Assembly (NCBI GenBank): GCA_964016885.1
Contig: OZ024743.1
Coordinates: 318,246,001-318,310,000, forward strand
Reading direction: 5' to 3'
Origin: Eledone cirrhosa
Taxonomy: Eukaryota
Length of the DNA stretch: 64,000 nucleotides
The notes beneath the pieces are model-generated. The model made no database searches and had not been told where the DNA came from. It saw nothing but the letters and a program-made list of their open reading frames with translations. The translations under genes and the position numbers were made by a program. Below, piece after piece: positions 37,408-50,044 of the stretch (positions are counted from its first letter, which is position 1; every line of letters starts with the position of its first letter).

Positions 37408-37515
37408 CTGATATAATTTTTAACATATCCCCTGTGAAATGGAGAAAAATCGAACTCAACATAATCCTACATGCCAATAGCTTATAATGGCTGCCATTTA
37501 GTATAAACTTCCGGT
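37408..37515 (-). promoter_or_regulatory. Candidate promoter and first exon of the TAF6L transcript
   Basis: Minus strand ACCGGAAGT (ETS-type), then AAATGGCAGCC (YY1-like), then a strong donor CAG|GTATGT at 37408; non-repetitive DNA with further GGAAG motifs at 36.8-36.95 kb. Confidence 0.6.
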
Positions 37516-38504
37516 TGATTGATATAAAAACTGGAACGGCAAAATGTTATAGCGGAATGACATCTCGTGACAGAAAGAAATCTTGTATTTCTTTTCTCCC
37601 CCGAAAAAAATAAAATAGTAACAATAATAAATAAATAAATAATTGTTTCTACTTTAGGCACATGGCCAGCAATTACTCAGTGCATTACTGGTACTTTATT
37701 TTAACGACCCCGTAAGGATGAAAGGCAAAGTCAACAAATAATAATAATTATTATTACTATAATATTATATATATAACCGGGAAATAAATTTAAAATTATA
37801 TATATGGCGTATATATTATAAAAGAAATTTCTTTTCATATATGAACAAAATATATTTGAAAGATTTGTTCAAATATTGTTAAAACAGTTTCATAATAAAT
37901 TAAAATGCAAGAAGCAGATCATATCACCAAGGAAACAATGTGACTTTATTTGATCCATATATGTGTGTGTGTGTGTGTGTGTGCATGTATGTATGCATGT
38001 GTATGTATATATGTATGCATGTGAGTGTATGTATGCATGTGTATGTGTGTATGCATGTGTGTGTATGTGTGTCTGTCAAGTACAGTTAGGAGAATTCTAT
38101 TATTTTATTATCAAATATTAGATTTTAGGATTTAAAACGTTTTAGGTTGAGACCAAAAATTAAAACCAAGGTGAATTATTTTTTAATATAAAACCCCTTT
38201 TTCGGTGTGGGATGTGGGGGGGGGGGGGGAGAAGGTACAGAGGATGAGATGAAAGGTTTAAAAGAAGACAGAACTTTGGAAGAAATTTTGGGCCAAGTCG
38301 GAATAGGAATAAGGAGAGGAGAAGAAAGGCCTCTGAATGGAATATTTAAATAGATTTACATCAGATGTTCCCAATGAGAGGCGCATGTGTCACTCAGTGG
38401 GGAGGGGTAGTTTGAATATTTAAGGAGGCAATTTGAAAATGATGTTAATGGGAACACACTTCAGGTTTTACCTTATTACTTTTACACATTGGCAACTTTT
38501 GTGG

Positions 38505-38790
38505 TACATGGCATAGTGGTAAGGGTGTTGAACTTACAATCATAATGTCATGGGTTCCACTCCTGGATTGGGTTGTGTGGGTTGTTTGTGTTCTTCAGCA
38601 AAACACTTCATTTCATATTGCTTCAGTATACTCAGCTGAAATTGAGTTCCAGCAACAATAACTGGAGGTTTAACCCTGTGATTGACTGGCGTCCTCTCCA
38701 GGGGTAAGTCTTATACTCTCAATCGCTTCATGCCACAGAAACTGGGATAAGCAATGACCTGATGAGGATTTGGACTTGAGACAGACTTTT
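38505..38790 (+). mobile_element. Degenerate CORE-type SINE (relative at ~17545-17815)
   Basis: TGGCATAGTGG..GGTTCCACTCC head, TTCAGCAAAACACTT core, GAAACTGGGATAAGC tail. Confidence 0.7.
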
Positions 38791-39199
38791 TATAGCAACT
38801 TTGTTACACATTACTGTTGGAAACACCTGTCTCACCCCCTCCACACATGTTATTGCGCATCTGGCACCACATATACATCTAGATGCCAATTTGTTTCCAC
38901 TTTGCAATTGATCATGTCTGTTTTCATATCAAATGGGGCATAACAATTTCTGATTTACATGGAGAGGGAAGACACAATTAGATCTGCAGTTATTGTACTG
39001 AGGTCATGATAAATGAATTAACTTTGCCAATCATGGGTAAAAATTTACCTTCAATGTGATTTATATTTAATATGTATGTGAACATGTATGTGCCGAATGC
39101 TCCATTCAAAATATGTAAGTAATAATTCTCAGACAGGGCATTTAAATGCTTGGTGAAGGGCCATTAGTTGTTCAAGCATGAAGGATTTTTCTGTGCTTG

Positions 39200-39712
39200 G
39201 AGAAGAATCACAAAACTTTGTTATGTGTAAACTTTTGGAGATGAGTTGGTTTGAGCAAATTACTATATATGTGAATCTTCATGGTAGTGAAACAGGGTAG
39301 AGGCTGCAGAAAACATGCATAGGTTGAAGAGAAATGAAACAACCATGCTACATTGGATGTGCAATGTAAATGTGAGAGAAAGGCAGACCTTGGATGAACT
39401 GAGGGAGAAACTTGGTTTAAGAAGAATCTGAAGTGGTTTGCAAGAGAGAAAACTGTATTGGTACAGATATGTAATGTGCATGGATGATGAGCGCTAGGTA
39501 AAGTGCCAATAAATCTCATTGGAAGGAAGCTGCAGTAGAGGTAGGCCAAGGAAGGCTGGGCAGAGGTGGTGAGAGCTGATTTCAAATCGCTTAAACTCAG
39601 AGAAGAGATGACAAAGGAATGTGGCGAGTGGAGAGATGCTGTGTTGAAAATAACCCTTCTAACCTATGCAAGAGTGGAAAAACGGACGTAAAGACAATGA
39701 TGATGATGATGA
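39200..39712 (+). mobile_element. Degraded RTE 3' fragment (similar pieces at 43040-43250 +, 56200-56610 -)
   Basis: LHGSET, WMCNVN and GRPRK-like motifs and (ATG)n tail. Confidence 0.85.
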
Positions 39713-40029
39713 GTAGAAAAGAAAGTATCACTATACTGTACATGTTTTCTTAAGGTATATATAGAAACACAGAGTTTTAAAACCGGCCTGAGCATTTGCA
39801 CCTATCATGTCAGTCCTTGGTTCATTAATGTTTTTCAGTGCTTGTATGTTTTTAACCCCCCTCCCACCCTAGCCCAACAGCACTCCAGCATTGACTAAAG
39901 ACCTCTATGACCAGTCCAACTATGGCTGTGTAGACACCCGTCTTTGATGCTGTTAAATGGGACTAAATTGTTAAAATCTCCAATGAGGAGATATTTTGGA
40001 GATATCTATTATGAAGGACTTGAAAATTT

Positions 40030-40550
40030 AGTGAGAATAAGGGATTGAAGGTAGGTAAAATAGGGGGGCATGAGTAGCTGGAATAAAGGGTTGGTGGTAG
40101 ATGAAATAGGGATTGGGTAGGTGAAATAGGAAATTGGGAGTAGATGGAATAGATGTTGGTGGGAGATGAAAAAGAGATTTGTGGTAGGTGAAATAGGGTT
40201 TGGTGATAGGTGAAATAGGGGATTGATGATAGATGAAATAGGGATTGGTGAGTAGGTGAAATAGGGATGGTGAGTAGGAGAAATAGGGGATTAGGAGTAG
40301 ATAGAATAGGAGCTTTGAGTAAGTGAAATAGGGATTGTGGGTAGGAGAAATAATGGTTGGTGGTATGTGAAATAGGGGTTGTGGTATGTGAAATAGGGGG
40401 TTATGGTAGGTGAAATAGGGGTTAATGGGTAGGTGGAATAGGGGTTGGTGGTAGGTGAAATAGGGATTGTGGGTAAGTGAAATAGGGGTTGGTGGTAGGT
40501 GAATAGGGATTGTGGGTAAGTGAAATATGGGTTGGTGGTAGATGGAATAG
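40030..40550. repeat. Degenerate G-rich ~20-bp repeat
   Basis: GGTAGGTGAAATAGGG(G/A)TT units. Confidence 0.92.
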
Positions 40551-41407
40551 TGCTTTATTATCATGGTACCAGCATGACCACCTTACAGGGTTGACAGGGT
40601 GCTATTTTTTGACAGGATATAAAATCATGATAAATGAAGTTTCTAGTGACTTTTGTCAGATTTGTTAATCTTAAAGAGAAGTCTAAATTATATTGATACT
40701 TGAAAATAGATTGATTTTGAAGGTAGCAATTGTTCAAAGTTATCCCAGTTTAGGCATGTCAGGACCTATCAAGAGATTATTGAGAGTGAAAAAAAAAAGA
40801 AAAAAAATGAAGACTAGTAACAACTGTTAGCATATATATATCATCATCATCATCAACGTTTAACGTCCGTGTTCCATGCTTGCATGGGTTTGGACGGGGG
40901 TTTTCCCACTTGAGGCAAGGGTGATTGTCTTGCTCGCATAGGACTGTCTGGCAGGTTTTCTACAGTTGTATATATATATATATTATCATCATCATCATTT
41001 AACATCTGCTGTACCTCAACACTCCCTTCTTTCCCTCCCTACACATGCATTCAAAAACACCTATTCTCTCCAATACACCCTTATTCCCAGGGAGATTCAG
41101 TATGATGCAGTGTGTGACAAGGTTGAATAATTGAATTACAGATATAGTCTATTCAAAAGGCTTTCACACAATTTCCTTCAACCCAATTTTACTCATAAAG
41201 CTTGAATCAACCCAAAGCTAAAATAAAGACACTTACCCAAGATACTATGTAGTGAGATTGAACTTGGGACCATGTGACTGTGCAGCAAAGGTTTTAACCA
41301 TTCAGTCAAGATTGTGTCTACGTTTTATGTAATACACATAATCATCAGTAGCAGCAGCACCATCAACATCCTTATTTAACATGTTTACCTTGCCAGCAAG
41401 GGCTTTA

Positions 41408-41414
41408 TTATATA

Positions 41415-41447
<33 letters not shown>

Positions 41448-41496
41448 GATGTATGTGTGTGTATATATATTATATATATATATGTGTTTATATATG

Positions 41497-41528
<32 letters not shown>

Positions 41529-41547
41529 TATATATATATGTGTATGT

Positions 41548-41635
<88 letters not shown>
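41408..41635. repeat. Compound (TA)n/(TG)n microsatellite (other long (TA)n at 1086-1150 and 24255-24308)
   Basis: Direct inspection. Confidence 0.97.
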
Positions 41636-42289
41636 TGCAAGCAGGGAAAAGCAGACATATGATGATGATGATGATATATAAATGTCTTCACATCAAACAT
41701 ATAAATATCTGCACAATAAATTTAACTGATATATCTAACAAAGCATTTGAGTTTAACCACTTATACCTCAGACTTCCTTAACAACGGACCTGTGGATTTG
41801 ACTGCTTGCCTTGTTTTATTTACAAAATTCAGGTAATATATATCTATAAGAGGTAATTTCTTTTAACCATTTATTTGTTTATTTATTTTTTACTTGTTTC
41901 GGTCATTAGACCATGGCCGTGCTGGGGTACCATCTTGAAGACATTGACCCCAGTACTTATTTTTGAATCAGGTACTTGGTCAAAGCATTAGTTATGAGAC
42001 AAATGAATAGTAAAAGTAAATACACATACACACACATACACACGTATGACAGGCTTCCACATAGCTTCTTTCTTCCAAATTCCACATGTAAAGCATTGTT
42101 CAACCCTAATCAATAATAGGAGAGACTTGTTCAATGTATCAGCCAGTAAGACTGAACCTGAAACCATGTGGTTACTAAGGGAGCCTCTTAACCCTGCAGC
42201 CATACTTCTTTAATTTACATTTATTGTTATGAAGTTAAATTCAAAGCTGCCAATTTTGGGGGCATGTTACTTTTCATACGTTGGATTGT

Positions 42290-42830
42290 GTTTTTATTGG
42301 GGGAGACAACAAACTGAAAGCTCCAGAAGCTACCCCTCCTCCAACGTGGACAAAATCCCCATCCTTACCAGACAAAAAAAAACCCCTTCTCTTTTGCCCA
42401 CTTATTCCTGGGAGGATCTTGGGAGCAAAGTGCTCAAACACACCTTTCAGTGGGTCCTATCAGGAACAACTATCTCCAATTGATCTGGCTGGATCCCCAA
42501 GCGCGACCAGCTGAGCTCATGGATGTTATCCAATTATCTTGCTTAGGGTCTACCCCTGTGTCTTCTGCTTGTTGGTTTTACTCATAAAATTTTTTCAGCA
42601 ATTCTTTCCTGAGACATTCTAACCACATGTCTGTAATATCGAAGCTGTGATCTCTCAATTCGGAGAAGTAGTGGCTTTATCTGGAGTGACTCCCTGATCC
42701 CCAAGCTACACACTTTATCGAGTAATGTTACTTGAAAGATCCTTCAGAGGAATCCCATTTCGACTGCTTGTATTCACAATTGTATCCTATTGGTCATTAC
42801 CCCAAATTCATGACCATAGGTAAGGGTTAG
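42290..42830 (-). mobile_element. Second LINE family, degraded 3' fragment (related pieces at 13310-13625 + and 61460-61795 +)
   Basis: Shared 'gagagatcacagct..gata.ta.ggacatgtggttagaatg' and 'ggtagaccc..ag.aagat..ttggataa' segments (LRxxGHVVRM, GRPxxRW). Confidence 0.75.
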
Positions 42831-44019
42831 CAAAAAACCCACATAGTAAAAACATAATTTGAATATATAATTTTAGATTATTCTTTATCGGGCAAATTAC
42901 ATTCCATAGTGTTAGCTATTAAAAACTACAAATAGATTTTGCTTTATATTTTACTGTTTTATTTTTTACTATATGGGTCAATGTCCAGCAGAAATAGGCC
43001 TTTTGTCCTTGGTGTGTTTTTTTCAGTAGGGATTTTGTCATGGAGTATTTGTCCATATTGGTAGGAAACTGCAGTAGAGGTACATCAAGGAAGACTGGGG
43101 AAGAGGTGGTGGGAGCTGATCTCAAATCGCTGATACTCACAGAGGAGATGACGAAGGAATGCGGAAAGTGGAGAGATGCTGTGCTGAAAAGGATTTGTCC
43201 AACCCACGCAAGGAAAAACAGATGTAATGATGATGATGATGATGATGATCTCTAAACTGAAATACCACCCAGGCCAGCAGAAACTCTAGTTACATAATTG
43301 ATTTGAAGCATTTTCTGGATGGCTTGCATGCAACAATTCCGAAGGAATCAATATTCTCGGACCAACTGGCGATTGTCTGCATATTTTTTTTAAAAAGCAG
43401 GTTATCCAAATTAGTTATTTCACATGATTATATTTATCCTAAGTAGTAATTGATTGATCAAATCAATCGACAAGATCCCAGACCTCACTTGCATTACCAG
43501 TGGAGCGGAACTTGTCAAATCAGACCAAGGAAACAATGTTTCTATTGATGATACTATGTACTGGTTCCAACTCTTGGCAGAAAGAGAAACATGAAATAAA
43601 GTGTCTTGCTCAAGGACATAATGCATCACCTGGTCTGGGAAACGAACTTGCAACCTCATGATTGCGAATCTAATTTCCTAACCAGTAAGACATGCTTTCC
43701 CTCCATATATACATATATTATTAAACTTCGTTTTATGTTGGAAACAGATCTCAAATCAAATGGTGTAAATTTTTACAGGTTTTCACTTTACAACAGTGAT
43801 GAGTTTGATTCCCAGTGGTGCAATGTTTCCTTGAGCAAGTTACTTCATTTCACATTGCTTCAAACCACTCACCTGGCAAAAATATGTTGTACCTGTAATT
43901 TATTGTGTCATGTTGCATGTCCCTGAGAACTACATTAAGAGTACACGTGTCTGAAAATTAAATGATTTATATCAATATATATTGGCAAAAAAATCATCCA
44001 ACTGATAGTTCAGTTAGAC

Positions 44020-44230
44020 AGGCTAATAACGAGACTAGGTGCTGGAATAGCTAAGTAGCCTCACCGGGAGCACCGCCTGATACTTCAGTATGGTAGGGTG
44101 ATAGCGAGGCTAATACACTGGAATAACCAAGTACTCTAACCAGGAACATCACCTAATGCTTCAATAAGGCAGAGTAATAGCGAGGCTAAGTAAGGTACTC
44201 GAATAGTTAATTACCCACACCAGAAGTATA
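44020..44230. repeat. Three diverged ~75-bp direct repeats
   Basis: ATA(A/G)CGAG(A/G)CTA...GAATA..AAGTA...ACC.G.A.CA recurring. Confidence 0.75.
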
Positions 44231-46140
44231 CGCTAACAATGTCAAGAATCTTGTTAGCTGAACAACTCTCTCGAGCGAACGGGAAAATGTAGTTTTACTT
44301 ATATAATTTTCTTAGGATTGTTAATTTAGTTGCCAAAAATATATCTGAAAATCATTTAGGTGTGCAAAAACGTATCTGCTAAAACATATGTATAACGAAA
44401 CTACGATCTATCCAGATTTCTGTGGTGAAACTCTTCATATATTGAAAAAATATCTTAATATAAGGACCTAGATACTAAAATACAATAAAAATAAGGACAG
44501 AGGTATTGGAACATATACATACAGGATAGAGACGTTTCTGTTCGTAAAACCTACAACTTAAGTTTTAAAGCTTTATTTCAAGTCTCGATGATAAAGGAAA
44601 TGTATATGTATTGAAGGTATTAATTAGATCTAATTTAGTATCTCCTATGTATTTAATCTGTCATATTCCTTTTAATTTCTTCTTTCTTTTGACACGACTT
44701 TTAACATGTATAAACTTGTAGTGACACAGAAACAAAAAATAAAATTGAAACAACATATTAAGATGGCTGAAAATGTTCATGATCGATATTTTGAAACAAA
44801 TTTATGCATCGGGAGGTTATAATTATTCCATACTTCTTTATATATATATATAGAGAGAGAGATAGAGGGGGGGGGGGGGGCAAGGGATTTAATTAAACCA
44901 TTTAATTGATTTACGGCCATTTTGTTAGACTAACAAGAATATTCCATTCCTGTTAGAATAACTCCTAACACGACCGTGATTGGAAATTTACTTGTTGAAT
45001 TAAACTCTGAACTATTTTTTACCTATTTGAGCTTCAAAACATTTTCTTTACCTTTATATGGTTGTATTATCAACTCATTTAAACTTTACATATATATATA
45101 AATATAATATATATATCAAATAACATTTTTTCATTTGAACATAGAAATAAATAAAGATCATTTTCAGACAGACAAGCAACAATAATATTAACAGTAATAT
45201 GTGTTGCTCTTGGTTTCTATGATGGATGTCATTGGCAATCTATGTTTGTTGTGACATGTGTAACATTCCAGTAGTCTTAAGCTCCCACATGACAAGCAAG
45301 AAGAATAAGATTGTATGAAAGATGATCGAATATGTGGTTATGATTTACAAACGGACACAATTAATACAATGAATATAAATCAATAGAAATTAATCAGAAA
45401 AGAAATGTGGAGAAAATGACGGTCAAAAACGTGTAATACTCAATCACACTGCAAGAAGGAACCATGGCTCCTTTAATAAAAACTGAAATCAAATATCTAC
45501 AACTTTTAACGTCCTGTAATGATTTAGCAGAAAATAACTAAAAACAGGTCTGTCACTTCAAATGTTTATATCTGGTTGACTTAGGAATCATTGGGGAAAT
45601 TTGAGATGTAATTGTTCCAACGTAAATGAGTACAATAGTCAAGCCATGTGCACTTTTTTTTGTCCCCAGAAGTACTCCGCCTGATTTTTCTCAACTATTA
45701 TTTACTATGATCGACTATTGTAGTTAATTATTTATTGGGACACACACATTTGAAATATTAATATTATTTTTACCAGTGGACAGATCATTGTGAACATTTA
45801 CAGTATTAGAGTAAATACATTGATTTTTAATGTGACGCAGACATAGTGCCGTTTTGTACTTTTTCAAGAATGTCTTCTTAATGTACTTTCATGTGGTACA
45901 AGACATTAAGAGTTAACACGAGAAGGTAAGATTTTACATTTTCTAATGTAATTCATATTTATTATATTAGTAAATTAAGTTTGTGTAATATATATCACTT
46001 TCTATATGATCGATTCTTTTTAATTTCTGCTTTATTATTTCCTCTTCTGGAGTGTGAATCCAAAATGAAACGAATAAAAAGAAGTTATCCAATGTTTTTC
46101 TTTTAATGCATATTTCGTTTTGATATATTTTTATGTATTA

Positions 46141-46427
46141 CTAGCAGATTGGCCCGGCGTTGCTCGGGATTTGCTCAATTGGTCTTATATATTTGATATA
46201 TATTTATCCTTATCGAGCCTCGTGAAATAAATACGTTTGTTTATATTTTGTTATTGTGTATGCAAAAATATCTGTACACGAATACATAATTATATATATA
46301 TATATATATATTAAAATAACAGATTAAAGTTTAAGCAAAGAATCGCTACTTTCACCCTTAACGGGATCTTCTGAAACTAAAGAAAATCAATCTGTGAACG
46401 TAGAAGTAAATATTTCGAAAAACGTTA

Positions 46428-46467
<40 letters not shown>

Positions 46468-46780
46468 GCACACACTATATATATATACATACACACACAC
46501 ACACACATATAGCGACGTCATAATGCAGACAGCTAGACATACAGACAGATATTATAAGGGTGTGACGTTATATCTATCTAAAAAGAAAGACTAATAATTA
46601 TAGAGAGAGATCGCTAAATCGCCTAATGCGGTCCCTAGGGCATTGAAAATTTGAAATATATTTTGCTCAAAACACTCACAGGACCATAAGTATTACATGT
46701 GTAAAGTTTGAAAACAATCGGTTGGGTGGTTCTCGAGTTTTAGGGAGTCAGACAGACATTCTCTGTTTTAGATATATAGA
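46141..46780 (-). mobile_element. Non-autonomous Helitron, same family, with nested Penelope pieces
   Basis: Minus: A|TCTATATATCTAAAA...CCCGAGCAACGCCGGG..CTAG|T; 5' ~250 nt similar to the 24949 copy. Confidence 0.9.
46328..46378 (-). ncRNA. Second copy of the CAGAAGA hammerhead-like motif
   Basis: Same motif with a C-G to U-G change in stem III; lies in fragment 46311-46430 between (TA)n tracts. Confidence 0.55.
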
Positions 46781-47215
46781 TATTTATAAGGTTCCTAGCA
46801 ATAATCAATTGGTTATATGTATTTGTATTTAATCTTATTATATATTTGTTATATGGTAATATAAATTTGATTATCGATTTCAATATAATTTATTTCTGAC
46901 GCTGACTGCGAGGTTCCTCTCTTCACTGGCGGCTCGCCTAATAGAGGTAACTGGCGAATCTCGCGAGGGCGCTTGGTTGTTCCAGCGCATTAGCCTTGCC
47001 ATTACCCGAGGCAACGCTGAGAGTGTGCTGGCTTGCCTAAAAAATCACCCTTCGCGACGCTGCTGTCTTTTGCTCTGGTGTTGGCTCGGTTGTTCACACC
47101 TTCCTTTATATTTTCATTGATATTGCAACATTAAAAGAATATATCCTTCTGAAAAAAAATTGTTTCTCGTTGTCTAAAACAAGCACTGGCAACCATTTTC
47201 GAGCAGTGGGTCGCA

Positions 47216-47615
47216 TAGGAAGTGGTTCATCATAAGGCGTGCTACATATAATGTTGTTCGCCATAAGGTATAGGAAGTGGTTCATCATAAGGCGTGCTAC
47301 ATATAATGTTGTTCGCCATAAGGTATAGGAAGTGGTTCATCATAAGGCGTGCTACATATAATGTTGTTCGCCATAAGGTATAGGATGTGGTTCATCATAA
47401 GGCGTGCTACATATAATGTTGTTCGCCATAAGGTATAGGATGTGGTTCATCATAAGGCGTGCTACATATAATGTTGTTCGCCATAAGGTATAGGAAGTGG
47501 TTCATCATAAGGCGTGCTACATATAATGTTGTTCGCCATAAGGTATAGGAAGTGGTTCATCATAAGGCGTGCTACATACAATGTTGTTCGCCATAAGGTA
47601 TAGGATGTGGTTCAT
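47216..47615. repeat. 55-bp minisatellite, ~7.3 near-identical copies
   Basis: TAGGAWGTGGTTCATCATAAGGCGTGCTACATATAATGTTGTTCGCCATAAGGTA at a 55-nt period. Confidence 0.97.
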
Positions 47616-49762
47616 TATACTCATCACTACTAAAAAATTCAAGGCAATTTTGAAATTAGGATGCCATCTAGTAAACCCAAACGGGCCGCATGTGATTAGC
47701 GGGGCGCTGTTTGCCCATGACTGGTCTAAAGCTGGTTGGGATATAACATGTATTTGAAGGTAAATTAGATGAAATGGGTTGGCTATAGAAATTGTTGATA
47801 AATTTATAGAAAAGCACCCGCTGGGGGTTCGCTAACAATTTTTTTCCAAGTATTGACCTTCGACATGATTGCAACCCCCCCCCCCCCTCACACCCGACTG
47901 AAAACGGAACGAGGCGAGTGTTTTTCCATAAAATTATCGAATTGTCTTTGCTATTTAAACTTTATATTCAATACTAATACTTATTATATTATCTTGTGCA
48001 TATAAACAAATGTGTACGTCCTCTCGTTTAGTACCAGTAATGCACTGGATAATTGCTGGCCTAGTGTCAAAAAGTAGAAATAATTATATAACGAGGGCGA
48101 TGGATTGGCAGTATCGGTAGAGGGTCGGACACCATGCTTTGCAGCACAGTTACGTCCCTTTACGGACTGAGTTCAAATCCCGCCGAGGTTAACTTTGCCT
48201 TTCATCCTTACGGGGTCGATAAAATAAAGTACCAGTAATACACTGGGATAATTGCTGGCCTTGTGCCAAAAGTAGAAACAATTATATAACATAATTATAT
48301 TTATACGCACAGGATGTATTAATAAGATATTCACTGGAAAATATGTGGTTATAATCAAATATCAGGTGATGTTCCGAGTGAGGGTGGTTGGCTATTCCAG
48401 CACGTTGGCATCGCTCTCACCCGTGTCTTCTTGGCTTGCTTCAGAAATTTTTAGATGGACACATCAACACTCAGTGCAGCGTATAATTGAGTGTGTTCAT
48501 TGATGCTGAATGATGCAAGGCAAAGTTGACCTCGGCAGTATTTCATTTCAGAAAGGAAAGTCAATTGATCTGAAAATAATTGTTTCTACATTTTGTTCAG
48601 GTCAGCAATTTGAGGGAAAAGGGAAAGACGATTAAATCGACTCTAGTTCGTTACTAGTACTCTATTTTATCGACTCCGTAAGGATGAAAGGCAAATCCAA
48701 TCTTGCCGGGATTGGAACTCGGAACGTAAAGGGACGTAACTATATGCCACGAAGCATGTCGTCCGACGCTCTACCGATATTGTCAATAAAAAAAAAAAAT
48801 AATGTTAGTTGCTAGCTGTGAATCTGGCCTATGCTTCAATAAGACTTTCACGTTTAATCCTGCTTCTTTTTAATGTCAGGTTTTTGGTGACACGTTAATT
48901 TACTTTCATTTTATTGCATGCCTAAAGTGAAACATATCCGATTTGTGACGGTAGATCAGTATATATTGTAACTGAAGGGCGGTGGATTGGCTGTATCGGT
49001 CCTTTACGTTTTGAGTTCAAATCCCGCCGAAGTTAACCTTACCTTTCATGCTTACGTGGTTCATAAAATAAAGTACTGATTTAATCGTCTTTTTCCTTCC
49101 CCCAAAATTGTTGGCCTTGTGCCTAAATCAGAAACTCTTGGTTAGAAAGTCTACGTGGCACTATATATGTTTTGTTTTGTTTCTACAATTTAAACATACT
49201 TCTTTCGTTTATATTGTGTATTCAGATGGAAATGTGTAAATTTTATATGTCTTGTTATAAAACACTTGTTTTTATGCATCTATTACATTGTATTTTAATC
49301 GTCTTCTGAGTGTATTTCATCATGACAACAACACTGTTGTTGGCATCATGATGGAATGTTCTCAGAACTCCCTGTAAAGGGGATTGACAGGGTGTAGAGG
49401 GAACTGTTTGATATCACTGAAAACCTGACAAACTCTCTAGTGCTGATGCTCCAATAGAAAGCACCCAGTACACTCTGTACAGTGCTTGGTGATTGAACGG
49501 AAACAATACAGTGAAGACAGAAATCTTCAGTCTTGCTGTGGCCATGACACCATGATAAAATACACCCAGTACACTCTGTGAAATGGTTGGAAAGGGCATC
49601 CAGCCATAGAAACCATGCCAAATATGGAACATAAAAGCAAGACATGGTTCTCCAGCCAGTTTATGTTTTGATCATGATGACTTATCCAACCCATGCCTGG
49701 ACATAAAATGATGATGATGGTAATGTTGACAATTTTTTTTTTCTTTCTATCTTTAGTAGATA

Positions 49763-50044
49763 ATGCCAGTTGCAAGTAGTGATCCACGAAGCTATGTGAA
49801 ATGCATACCTATACCAACTGCTAATCACAAAGGTGTTAAAATCCAAGCTCGAAGTGCGACTATATATAATGCAACAATACCAACTCGTGATGAAATTCGC
49901 AAGGCTAACTACACTCGACGGCAACAGCAACTTTCTGGCCAAGGCTTTTATTGCCCGGTATATTTACCATATAAGGAAATTGGTGAACCTTTATATCTTG
50001 ATGAAGAAGCTCTTGTTCTTCATGCTGTTGGACAACTTCAAGAG
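49763..50044 (+). CDS. CCDC60: CCDC60 first coding exon (3' end 50044 if GC donor, 50050 if GT donor)
   Basis: MPVASSDPRSYVKCIPIP...LHAVGQLQE; preceded by a pyrimidine tract and TAGTAG acceptor, implying an upstream non-coding exon. Confidence 0.85.

Noticed and set aside
37420-37497. Selenocysteine read-through of MAAIISYWHVGLC-TGA
   Set aside because: A TAA follows 12 codons later and no SECIS could be identified.
38755-38790. CTGATGAG hammerhead-like core (also minus-strand hits near 2025, 34858, 35610)
   Set aside because: No correctly placed GAAA or closing stems; the 38.7-kb hit lies in a SINE tail.
40028-40564. 178-aa His/Pro-rich ORF
   Set aside because: Reverse translation of a degenerate G-rich tandem repeat; no splice or homology support.
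41416-41781. YIYI-rich ORFs (also near 870-1260, 24084-24371, 56514-56830)
   Set aside because: Translations of (TA)n/(TG)n microsatellites.
44528-44588. Minus-strand GAGAC-TTGAAAT...GAAAC-GTCTC possible hammerhead; also a GAAAGAGCTTT half motif near 20660
   Set aside because: Core incomplete and stem II or III missing; at best decayed remnants.
47216-47615. CRISPR-like array (also 51100-51411, 58403-59110)
   Set aside because: Units are contiguous with no unique spacers, no cas genes, and the context is eukaryotic; these are minisatellites.
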